A stretch of 64,000 bases of DNA from an uncultured Chloroflexia bacterium (GTDB lineage: Bacteria > Chloroflexota > Anaerolineae > CG2-30-64-16). Under the pieces are notes generated by a model that saw nothing but the letters and a program-made list of their open reading frames with translations, ran no database searches and was not told the DNA's origin. Both the position numbers and the translations under genes were made by a program. The stretch covers positions 1,792,001-1,856,000 of the forward strand of contig CAWEMM010000006.1 in the NCBI GenBank assembly GCA_963810095.1, written 5' to 3'. Positions 1-8,865 of this stretch are shown here, in pieces. The stretch's first letter is position 1; every line of letters starts with the position of its first letter.

Positions 1-713
1 GTCCCCTTGTAGTCAAAGGTCGGGGTCGTCTCGTGGCCGTCACACCAGGCCTGCACGCGCTTCGCGGCCACCCGGTCCTTGGAGATATCGATCTCCTTGT
101 ACGGAATGCCGCGCTCCTTCAGCCAGACGCGCGCCTGCTTGCAGTCCTGGCACCAGGGCGTGCAGTAGATGATCAGGTCGACGTCGGGCCGGGGCTGCTC
201 CCAGGCCATCTTCTCGAGTTTCTTCTGCTCGGCGGCAACCCGTTCGGCAGCTTCCGGCTCGAGGTCGGCCAGCACCTTGAAGATCTCTTCGTTGTCCGGC
301 TGGTCGCCGATGTCGTGGACGTCCACATACCGGACGACGCCATCCTTGTCGATGATAAAGATGGAGCGTTCGGAGTAGCCTTCCCCGCGCAACACGCCGT
401 AAAGCTGCGACACCTGCCCGTGGGGGAAGAAGTCGCTCAACAGCGGGTAGGTGATCCCGCCGAGGCTTTCGGCCCACGCCTTCAGACAATCTGCACTATC
501 CACGCTTAGGCCCAAGACCTGGGCCTTCATCCCGTTGAACCGGGCCAACTCGGCCTGGTATGACGGGATCTGCGCCGTTCAGACGGGGGTCCAGGCGAGG
601 GGGAAGAACACCATCACAACATTCTGGCCGCGATAATCGCTCAGGCTGACCTCGTGACCGAGGTGGCTCTTCAGCCTGAACTCAGGCGCGACCTGTCCGA
701 CCTTAACTGTCAT
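1..713 (-). CDS. Peroxiredoxin (AhpC/TSA family) fused to a C-terminal glutaredoxin/NrdH-like domain; probable selenoprotein (in-frame TGA at 579-581); 3' end runs off the window
   Basis: Manual translation from ATG 713 (RBS AAAGGAGAGG): MTVKVGQVAPEF...FFPLAWTPV[TGA]TAQIP...LSVDS...LLSDFFPHG...SERSIFIIDKDG...YCTPWCQDCKQAR. TGA is codon 45, at the peroxidatic Cys position of the PxxxTxxC motif, and the frame stays open afterwards. Confidence 0.9.
529..569 (-). promoter_or_regulatory. Candidate bacterial SECIS hairpin
   Basis: Begins 9 nt after the UGA: AUCCCGU..ACC-A-GGCCG-AGU-UGGCC-C-GGU..ACGGGAU, a nested stem with a small G-containing apical loop. Confidence 0.7.
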
Positions 714-832
714 AGGCCTCTCCTTTGCTGCTAGAAACGCACTTACGGCGCGCCGGGGCTGTTATCGCCCGGCTCAAATACCGGGCAAAAGCCGACCATC
801 GCGCACGCGTTGTAGAAACCTGCGCCGATGTC

Positions 833-1009
833 CTATTTGTTTATGTCCGCCCGTACAAGCGCTGTTGGATGACTACCTGCAAACACCGTATGCATGAAAC
901 GTACTGTATCGCTGCGAACGATGGGCGCCAACGTGGCGGTAAGCGCAATGATACTGGCGATGGCCCAGTTGCGCAAGGCCCGCCGCGATTGGGGGTAATG
1001 TGCGATCAT
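833..1009 (-). CDS. Small hypothetical protein (58 aa) with a hydrophobic, signal-like segment
   Basis: ATG 1009 preceded by AAAGGA; sequence RRALRNWAIASIIALTATLAP; no recognised family. Confidence 0.3.
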   Translation of the reverse strand: MIAHYPQSRRALRNWAIASIIALTATLAPIVRSDTVRFMHTVFAGSHPTALVRADINK

Positions 1010-1035
1010 GGGGGTGATCCTTTGGGTATAACTGC

Positions 1036-1108
1036 TTAACACAAAGGCACGAAGACACGGGGAAAGGGAAGTCCAAAGCAGGTTGCGGCTTGGTGTCTTT
1101 GTGGTTAA
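1036..1108. repeat. 9-nt-periodic inverted-repeat element (ACACAAAG type) bounded by TTAA
   Basis: TTAACACAAAGGCACGAAGACAC...GGTGTCTTTGTGGTTAA; similar copies at 1765, 18445 and 19072. Confidence 0.8.
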
Positions 1109-1734
1109 GCGTGAACCAGTTTGTGCGCGAGCCAATCGCCCACGCCCGAAAGGTCCTCCGTCGGCAAGTAATGGCTGGCGGCGGCATCGAACAGCACCTG
1201 GACGCGACCGGGAAATTCGTCGTCGCCCTCCCAGAGCTGCACGGCAATGGCCAGGCGGGGGAACGCCTGGAAGCGGTAGGCCCCGTCGGGTGGGGCAAGC
1301 CCCGCGCCGGGAGCTGAAGTCAGCGCCTGCCCGCCGAGCGCGACGGCCGAGTTTTGGAAGCCCGCGACATCGGCGCCGAACTTGGCCGCGAGCAGGTTTT
1401 CTGCATGCTGCGCAAACGCCTGGGCATAAAACAGCCCGTTCGGCAGCTCGCGGAAGGTCAACCAGCGGTCCGCCGGGGGCATTCCGTCGGCGGTCAGCAG
1501 GTAGTGCCAGAGCACGATCGCGATGGAGGCGTGGGCGGTTTTGCCCGTCGCCTGGTTGACGACCTCGCCCTCGGGGTGTGGGACGAGGTGCGACCGGCCG
1601 AAATAGGATATCCGCACGGCGTCGCCCTGCAGGTCGCTGCCTGAGAGGGCGGCAGCACGGCGGTGATCGGCCGCGGCCCAGTCGGCACGGGCCTTATCAA
1701 AAGCGATCTGAAAACGACGATCTAACTGCGACAA
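1105..1734 (-). CDS. DUF3786-family protein
   Basis: Motifs WLTFRELPNGLFYAQAF, FPRLAIAVQLWEGDDEFP and LFDAAASHYLPTEDL; start codon uncertain (TTG). Confidence 0.8.
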   Translation of the reverse strand: MSQLDRRFQIAFDKARADWAAADHRRAAALSGSDLQGDAVRISYFGRSHLVPHPEGEVVNQATGKTAHASIAIVLWHYLLTADGMPPADRWLTFRELPNGLFYAQAFAQHAENLLAAKFGADVAGFQNSAVALGGQALTSAPGAGLAPPDGAYRFQAFPRLAIAVQLWEGDDEFPGRVQVLFDAAASHYLPTEDLSGVGDWLAHKLVHA

Positions 1735-1764
1735 GAATGATGCTCCGGGTCGAAGCGGGTGCTT

Positions 1765-1922
1765 TCACCACAAAGATACAAAAGGCCCATCCGAGAATGG
1801 TCGGACAGCTTCCATAACCGAACCAGCTGGGGCACGGTCAGAGACCGGCCCCAGCAAGGTTTCGGATGGACACAAGGCACTCAGCACTTCGTTGACCTCG
1901 TGTCTTTGTGTCTTTCTGGTGA
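1765..1922. repeat. Nested multi-stem element with ACACAAAG-type terminal inverted repeats (MITE/REP-like)
   Basis: TCACCACAAAGATACAAA...TTTGTGTCTTTCTGGTGA enclosing CCATCCGA/TCGGATGG and GCTGGGGC/GCCCCAGC stems. Confidence 0.7.
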
Positions 1923-1932
1923 GCCAGGTGGC

Positions 1933-3141
1933 TCAGTTGCGCGGGTTCGTGTAATCGTTGCCGATGAGCTCGCGGGCGATGATCATGCGCATGATGTTCA
2001 TGCCGCCTTCCGCGCCAATGGAATAGGAGCGGACGCCGCGGATGCCCATTTCGATCGGATATTCCTTCGAGTAGCCCATGGCGCCCAACCAGTTGGCGAC
2101 TTCGTTGAACGTCTCGAAGGCCATGATCGGCGCGCGCAGCTTGGCCATCGCGCCCCACAGCGCCAGGTCCTTATGCTTGCCCTTGCCCTTCTCGTACATC
2201 TGGTCGGCCATCCAGGCGGCCTTATAGGTGAGCAGGCGGGCCGACTCGATGTCGACGAAGCGCTCGGCGGCCGGGAAGCTGATGCCCTGGTACGCGGCGA
2301 GCGGTTTGCCGAACGACTTGCGCTGCCGGATGTAGTCGACTCCCATGTGCAGTGCGGTTTCGGCCGCGCCACAGCAGGTGGCTCCGATGAGGGCCCGCGC
2401 GAAGGTGTAACCTTCCATCGCGTAGTAAAAGCCCTTGCCCTCCTCACCGATCCGGTAGTGGTCGGCCAGGGGCATGTTGTCCATGGTGAAGCCGCCTGTC
2501 GAAACGCCGGTGCGGCCCCAGTTGTGGATGAGGGTCGTGGAAACGCAGGGATTGTCCTTGATATCGACGGCGAAGAAGGTGAAACCCCGGTGGCCCGACT
2601 GCGGATCGCTGCGGACGAGCGTCATGTACGCGCTGCCCATCTTCAGCGATTCCTTGATGCCGCTGATGTAGAGCTTCTCGCCGTTGAGCAGCCAATCGCC
2701 GCCGGGCTGCTTCGTGCCCGTGCAGCGGGTGACGCCTTCGATATCAGAGCCGCCGCCGGGTTCCGTGGAGGCAATGCCCAAGAACAACTGGCCGGAGGTC
2801 ACCTTGGGGAGGATCTCGGCCTTGAGTTCCTCGCTGGCGTAACGTTCGAAGATGTAGCCCCAGCTGGCCTGCACCAGGTACATGACCGGCAGCGCGAGGC
2901 TGATGTCCGCACGGCCCAGCTCTTCGGCGGCAATCGTCGACATGGTGACGTTCATGCCGCCGCCACCGTACTTCTCTGAGACGGTGGGGGCCCACAGCCC
3001 CATGGCGGTCATTTCGTCCAGAACGTCCTGGGGGATGCCGTTCTCGTCGATCTCGCGGCAGCGGGGCGCGATTTTCTTTTGGGCGAAGTCGTGCACCGCC
3101 TTGCGCCACATTGCCTGTTCTTCGGTCCAACCGAAATCCAT
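1933..3141 (-). CDS. Acyl-CoA dehydrogenase
   Basis: MDFGWTEEQ start, STEPGGGSD, LNGEKLYIS, RKSFGKPL, GAMGYSKEYPIE; RBS AGGAGG. Confidence 0.95.
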   Translation of the reverse strand: MDFGWTEEQAMWRKAVHDFAQKKIAPRCREIDENGIPQDVLDEMTAMGLWAPTVSEKYGGGGMNVTMSTIAAEELGRADISLALPVMYLVQASWGYIFERYASEELKAEILPKVTSGQLFLGIASTEPGGGSDIEGVTRCTGTKQPGGDWLLNGEKLYISGIKESLKMGSAYMTLVRSDPQSGHRGFTFFAVDIKDNPCVSTTLIHNWGRTGVSTGGFTMDNMPLADHYRIGEEGKGFYYAMEGYTFARALIGATCCGAAETALHMGVDYIRQRKSFGKPLAAYQGISFPAAERFVDIESARLLTYKAAWMADQMYEKGKGKHKDLALWGAMAKLRAPIMAFETFNEVANWLGAMGYSKEYPIEMGIRGVRSYSIGAEGGMNIMRMIIARELIGNDYTNPRN

Positions 3142-3206
3142 GCCTTCCTCCTTGAAGTGCTACTGTCAAAAGGCTGTGCGCAACGATATGTTGTGGAGCA
3201 GCCTTC

Positions 3207-3626
3207 CTACTCTGTCTTACCGTTCACCAGCGCCATGACCATGTCGGCGCTGGAAATCACGCCGACGAGTTGGTGCTCTTCGATGACGATCGCATTCTGG
3301 ATGCCAATACGCGAGAATAGCTGGGCCACGAACGGCAGCCGGAGCGTCGGGTTCACGACGATCAGCGGCTTGATCATGATCTCGCCCATGCGGGTGCGGG
3401 TGGGGGACAGCGACTTGGAGATGACCCGGTAGACAATCTCTTGAAAGGTCACGATCCCGTAGGCGTCGTCCTCGTCCGCCCGATCGACGATCGCCACCTG
3501 GCAACCGCCGCACGCTTTCATCTTCTGGATGGCATCGTGGACCGTGTCCAGAGGAGACACCAGCGCGAACTGCCGGTTCATCACGTCCCGCGCGCGTAAC
3601 GAGTAGATCTCGTGGGGCTGCATCAT
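3207..3626 (-). CDS. CBS-domain (Bateman) protein
   Basis: Two CBS repeats (ARDVM...GIVTFQEI; GEIM...GVISSADM); RBS AAAGGAG. Confidence 0.85.
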   Translation of the reverse strand: MMQPHEIYSLRARDVMNRQFALVSPLDTVHDAIQKMKACGGCQVAIVDRADEDDAYGIVTFQEIVYRVISKSLSPTRTRMGEIMIKPLIVVNPTLRLPFVAQLFSRIGIQNAIVIEEHQLVGVISSADMVMALVNGKTE

Positions 3627-3744
3627 CAGGCTCCTTTACCCGAGAAGCGACAGGGGAAGAAACACTGCCTCGACGCATTGTAGCAGATGTGGACCACCCA
3701 GGTAAATGACGAACGTCACCCTGTGATCTTCCTCACAGGCTGCG

Positions 3745-4907
3745 TCAGCGCGCCACGAAGCCGACGACGAGCCCGAGCAGCGCCGCACCGCCGACAAGCC
3801 ACATGGAGTTGACCTTGAAGCGGAAGAGCAGCAGCGCGGCTGCGGCGGCGATGGCGACCGCCAGGGGCGACCGGAAGCTGCCGTAGGCCAGCTGCAGGGT
3901 GACGGCCGCCATGAGGCCGAGCGCGGCCGCATTGATGCTGTCCAGGAAGCCCGCGGTCCAGGGCGACGCGCGCAGCCTCGGGATCAGCGGGTTGGTGAGC
4001 GCGACGAATATGAAGGCGGGCAAGAAGATGCCGACGGTGGCAAGCACGCCGCCCGGCACGCCGCCCAAGATGTAGCCGATGAAGGTGGCGGTGGTGAACA
4101 GCGGGCCCGGGGTGACTTGCCCGATCGCCACGGCGTCGAGCAGCTGCGTCTCGGTCAGCCACCCCAAGCGCTCGACGAAGTCTGCCCGGAGAAAGGCGAT
4201 GAGGACATAACCGGACCCGTACAGCACGGCGCCGATTTTGAGGAATGTCCAGAAGAGCAGCCCCAGCGAAAACGGGACCGCGGCCGCCGCGCCGGCCGCC
4301 AACGCAGGCAGGCTGAGGCGGAGCAGCGCAGCGGCGGGCAGGCCGGTCTTGCGGCGCCAGTTGTAGAACAGCATGCCCAGGACCCCGCCGGCCGCGAGCA
4401 GGAGCAGCTCGTTGACGCCGAGCAGCGCCAGCACGAGCACCGCGGCCGCGATGAGGCCGGTCGGCGCGTCCTTCAGCGCCTTCCGGCCGAGCAGCCAGAG
4501 CGCCTGCGCAATGATCACGATGACGACGGGCTGCACCGCGGCCAGCAGCGCGGTCACTTCGGGCGTCGTGCCGAAGCGGACGTAGGCCCAGGCGAGCCCC
4601 ATGACGATGGTCATGGCCGGCACGATGAAGCATGCACCCGCCATGATCAGGCCGGGCCAGCCTGCACGGACAAAGCCGATGTGAATCGCCATTTCCGTGG
4701 AGTTCGGACCGGGGATGAGGTTGGTCGCGCCGAGGAGGTCGAGGAATTCCTGCTCCGTCAGCCACTTCCGCCGCACGACGATCTCGTTATGCATGATCCC
4801 GATGTGCGCGGCCGGGCCCCCAAACGCGGTGAAACCGAGCTTGAGGAAGAGGAAGATGACCTCCGACAGCCTCGTGCGAATGGAATCGCTCCCTTTTTAC
4901 TTGCCAC
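3745..4907 (-). CDS. chrA: Chromate efflux transporter (long-chain CHR family); 5' start obscured by a probable indel
   Basis: In-frame FLKLGFTAFGGPAAHI upstream of the listed ORF, plus LIPGPNSTE, GAVLYGSGY and GQVTPGPLF. An in-frame TAA at 4897-4899 precedes the conserved N-terminus. Confidence 0.9.
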
Positions 4908-5797
4908 CGGCGGCCCGTAGCGCGCACGTTAGGCATAGGGGTGCTTCCCTTGCCGCTGAACCCGCCGCGCCCTTGCGGGTTATTCCGCCGTACCCGGCAG
5001 GCGGATACTTGTAGGCCGTCGCCGTCGTGATCTTGCACGAAGCCGTGCTTTTCCAGGATCGGCCGGCTCATCTCGCTCGCGTCGACGCTGAGGAAGCGAT
5101 AGCCGCGCGCCCGCGCCTCCTGCGCCCGAACGTCGAGCAGCGCGGTGTAGAGGCCGCGCCCGCGAAATTCAGGCAGCGTCGAACCGCCAAAAAGCGACGC
5201 AAAGTCGGTTTGTTCGTGGAACCGGATCCACGCAGCGGAAGCGGGCACCCCGTCGACGTAGGCCAGGTACATGGACAGGGGCTGCCCGGGCAGCAGGAAC
5301 TCCTGGCGCAGTTCGTCCATGATCCAGGCGTGCGATTCGTTCCATACCGCGTCTTCGATCGCCACAACTTTGTCGAGGTCGGCGGGGTCCGTAATCTTGT
5401 GGACTTCGACTCCACCCCCGTGCAATCGGGTCTCTGCCGGAAACCCGGCCTCGGAGTCCAGGTCGCGCACCATCACCGACTCGTGTTCTTCGGCGCTGAA
5501 GCCGTGTCGCAGCAACCGCTCGTCGAGGTCTGCCGGCGTGTCGTGCCCGAAGCGTTTCCACTCGAAATTCTGCCCCCGCGCCGTGAAGTAGGCGACCTGC
5601 TCGGCGATGACCCGATCGGCGTCGTCTGCGCCGAGCCGCGACCAGATGACCCAGCCCCAGCGCGCGTGCCGGTCGAGCGGCACGCAGCGCACGACGAGCG
5701 GATCGTCGGGCGGGATCGCCTGCCGTTCGGTAATCGGGTCGATGCTGGCAAAACGTAGTTGCCGGTCGTGCAGTGCCAATAGCTCTTCAGAGTTCAA
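4897..5797 (-). CDS. GNAT-family N-acetyltransferase; probable frameshift near 5035, 3' end uncertain
   Basis: Acetyl-CoA motif [18 protein letters not shown] and [10 protein letters not shown]; the alternative frame continues [10 protein letters not shown]. Confidence 0.85.
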
Positions 5798-7502
5798 TCT
5801 TCGTCCTTCTCGATCTCAGGTGTTTCGCCGGCGCCGGCAACTCCGGCGGCCTCGAACGCCGCGCTCACCATGGCTTGCGCTTCCGCCTGCAGTTGGTGCA
5901 AGTGGCTTTCGCCCAGGAAGCTCTCGGCGTAGATCTTGTAAACGTCTTCCGTGCCCGAGGGACGGGCCGCAAACCAGCCGTTTTTGGTCGCTACCTTCAA
6001 CCCACCGATGGGAGCATTATTGCCGGGGCGCGTGTCAGCTTGGCCAGGATCGGCTCGCCGGCCAGCTCCGTTGCCGTCACCAACTCGGGCGACAGGTTCG
6101 CCAGCACTTTTTTCTGTGCTCCGTTGGCCGGCGCATCGACGCGGGCGTAGACAGGGCTGCCGAACTCGGCTTCGATGGCCTTGTAATGCTCGCCGGGGTC
6201 CTTCCCTGTGGCCGCAGTGATCTCCGCAGCCAGCAGGTCCATGATCAAGCCGTCCTTGTCCGTGGTCCACGCGGTTCCATCGGCGCGCAGGAAGGACGCG
6301 CCCGCACTCTCCTCGCCCCCGAACCCGTACGAACCGTCAAGCAGCCCGTCGACGAACCACTTGAACCCGACGGGCACCTCGGCCAGCCGCCGGCCCAGCT
6401 TCTCGGCCACCCGGTCGATGATGGAACTGGAGACCAGGGTTTTGCCCACTGCGGCATCCTTGCGCCACACGGCCCGGTGGCGGAAGAGGTACAGGATCGC
6501 GACGGCCAGGTAGTGGTTGGGATTGAGCAGCCCGGCCGAGCGGGTAACAATGCCGTGCCGGTCCGCATCTGGATCGTTGGCCCACGCGACGTCAAAGCGG
6601 TCACGCAGCCCGATCAGCCTGGCCATGGCATAAGGGGAGGAGCAGTCCATGCGGATTTTGCCGTCGTGGTCGAGGGGCATGAACCCGAAGGTGGGATCGA
6701 CCTCCCCGTTCACGACCTCGATGTCCAGGTTATAGAGCTCGGCGACGGGCGCCCAGAACGGCAGACTGCTGCCCCCCATCGGGTCGCAGCCCATCCGCAG
6801 GCTGCCGCCCTGGATGGCCTCCATATCCAGCACGTTGCGCAGGTCGTCGACGTAGGGGCGGACGTAATCGTGGGCGCGGAGGAAGCCCGATTCCCTGGCC
6901 CGGTCAAACTGGAAACGCTTGACCGCCCGCGGCCCGGTTGCGATGATCTCGTTGGCCCGCTCCTGGATCTGCTTCGTAACGCTCGTGTCGGCGGGCCCGC
7001 CGGAGGGTGGATTGTATTTGTATCCGCCGTCGGCCGGGGGATTGTGAGACGGCGTGATAACGACGCCGTCCGCGACGCCCTGACCCGAGCTGCCGCCCGT
7101 TTTGGCCCGGTTGTGAGTCAGGATGGCGTGCGAAATGACGGGGGTTGGAGTGTAGCCGCCGCCCGTCTGCACCATGACGTGGACTTCGTTGGCGGCGAAG
7201 ACTTCGAGCGCGGTTTGCAGGGCCTGCTCGGATAGGGCGTGGGTGTCCATGCCGATAAACAGCGGCCCGTCGATGTTCTGCCCTTTGCGATACTCGGCGA
7301 TGGCCTGGCTGATGGCGGCGATATGGTCGTCGTTAAAGGTCTGGTTGAGCGAGGTGCCGCGGTGGCCCGACGTGCCGAATGAGACGGCCTGGGCGGGATT
7401 GTCGGGCTCGGGGTGCAGGTCGTAGTAGGCCGCTCGCAGGCGGTCGACGTCGATCAGCAAATCAGCGGGGGCCGGCTGGCCGGCCAGTGGATGCAACGCC
7501 AT
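5794..7502 (-). CDS. pgm: Phosphoglucomutase (alpha-D-glucose-1,6-bisphosphate dependent); frameshift near 6025
   Basis: [29 protein letters not shown]; the C-terminal [16 protein letters not shown] lies in the second frame (ORF 5794..6270). Confidence 0.95.
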
Positions 7503-7677
7503 TCGATCCCTCCTCGGTATCACTCCAACCAACAACTGCGTCGGGTGGATTGTACACCAACAGGGCGGGTTACGCGAGGGGTCGATGCCCGAGGATTCGT
7601 GATCCGAACGAGTCGCAGCCCGGACCGGAGGCTTCTGGCCGACCGTGTGTCAGCCGAGCCTCCGGCCAGGAGTCGCT

Positions 7678-8808
7678 CTACTTTGCCCAGCTTGCTACCC
7701 GCTCGGCCGCAAAGTCATACCGGAATGTCACGTCCTTGAGCGCCTTCGGCAGGAACGGGGCCTGCCCGCTGCCGTCCGCATTCATCCGGTAGAGCTTCCA
7801 CGCCCCCGGCGCCTCCCGGTCGGTCAGAAACAGGATCGTCTTGCCGTCGGGCGACCAGGCCGGCGCGACGTTGTGCGGGCTGCGGCCGAAGGCCGAGGGC
7901 GGCTTGGTCAGGTACTTGATCAGCGCACCGGACGCGTCGAAGAGCGCGAGGTCAGTGTGGTCGTGGATGCGCTTCTGGGCCACAAACTTCGTCCCGTCCG
8001 GCGACCAGGCGGGGCTGCCCGTCCACTGCTCCTGTGTAACGTCGTAGGGCGCACGACCGGGCCCGGTGATCTGCAGGCGATTGTTGCCGCGGTACAACAA
8101 GTCCTCGCTCTGCGGCCGCCAGGACACGCTCTGCGCGTCGTTCGCTGCGGGAATGTCCTGCCAGCCACTGCCGTCCAGCCCGATCTCGGCAAGCGCGGTT
8201 TGTTCGACGGTGCGGACGGGCATCTGCGAGATGCAGAACCGGCCGACGGGGGTCTGCATGCAATCTTGCCCGCGGAACAAGCCGCCCAGCTGCGCCTCGG
8301 ACAGACAGCCGAAGGGGCTCTCACGGCAAGTTACCGTATTGAGCAGGTGGACAAAGGCCAGCTTCTGGCCGTCGGAACTCCAGGTGGGGTGCCGGGGTTT
8401 CGAGGCGCCCACCACCTTCCGTTCCTCCCCGGTTTTCAGGTTGCGCACGAAGACGGCGGGCTCCGGCTCCCAACGGGTGAAGGCAAGCTGCGTGCCGTCG
8501 GGCGAGAGGGCGGGGTCCATGCCGGTCGTCACCTGCTGCAGCTTCCCGGTTGCCGGGTCGAGCAGGAGGATGGCGCCGCCGGCCGAGGTCATCAGCGCGA
8601 TCTTGCCCTGTTTAGCGGCCGCGGGCGTAATCTTGACTGTAGTCACTTTTGTGGCTACCGGTTTCGGCGCCGGAGTGCTTCCTGCCGCAGGCCCATTGGT
8701 TGCGGCGCCGGCAGTGGCGAGGCTCGCGGCGCAAATGGCGGCCACGGTGAGCAAGACAAGCACCAGCCGCAGGCCGAGATAGCGACATTGAACGAGCGAG
8801 TTTTTCAT
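7678..8808 (-). CDS. Secreted TolB-like (PD40 repeat) beta-propeller protein
   Basis: Signal-like N-terminus; repeated PALSPDG / PTWSSDG / PAWSPDG motifs. Confidence 0.85.
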   Translation of the reverse strand: MKNSLVQCRYLGLRLVLVLLTVAAICAASLATAGAATNGPAAGSTPAPKPVATKVTTVKITPAAAKQGKIALMTSAGGAILLLDPATGKLQQVTTGMDPALSPDGTQLAFTRWEPEPAVFVRNLKTGEERKVVGASKPRHPTWSSDGQKLAFVHLLNTVTCRESPFGCLSEAQLGGLFRGQDCMQTPVGRFCISQMPVRTVEQTALAEIGLDGSGWQDIPAANDAQSVSWRPQSEDLLYRGNNRLQITGPGRAPYDVTQEQWTGSPAWSPDGTKFVAQKRIHDHTDLALFDASGALIKYLTKPPSAFGRSPHNVAPAWSPDGKTILFLTDREAPGAWKLYRMNADGSGQAPFLPKALKDVTFRYDFAAERVASWAK

Positions 8809-8825
8809 GTCAGTACCGTCTCCCC

Positions 8826-8858
8826 AAACCTGCGAGGTCTCTGAAACCCCGCCGGTTT
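8826..8858. repeat. REP-like palindrome (ACCTxCGAGGT family)
   Basis: AAACCTGCGAGGTCTCTGAAACCCCGCCGGTTT; resembles the copies at 32707 and 33366. Confidence 0.5.
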
Positions 8859-8865
8859 GCATGGT

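Noticed and set aside
33-636. Listed ORFs 33..509, 40..489, 169..378 and 451..636
   Set aside because: Shadow frames of the TGA-containing peroxiredoxin-glutaredoxin gene.
833-835. Pyrrolysine decoding of the TAG
   Set aside because: No pyl genes or methylamine methyltransferase context, and TAG is used as a normal stop in many genes here.
5794-7502. pgm, pdhA and other split genes as pseudogenes or programmed frameshifts
   Set aside because: No slippery sites and no further decay; sequencing indels are the simpler explanation.
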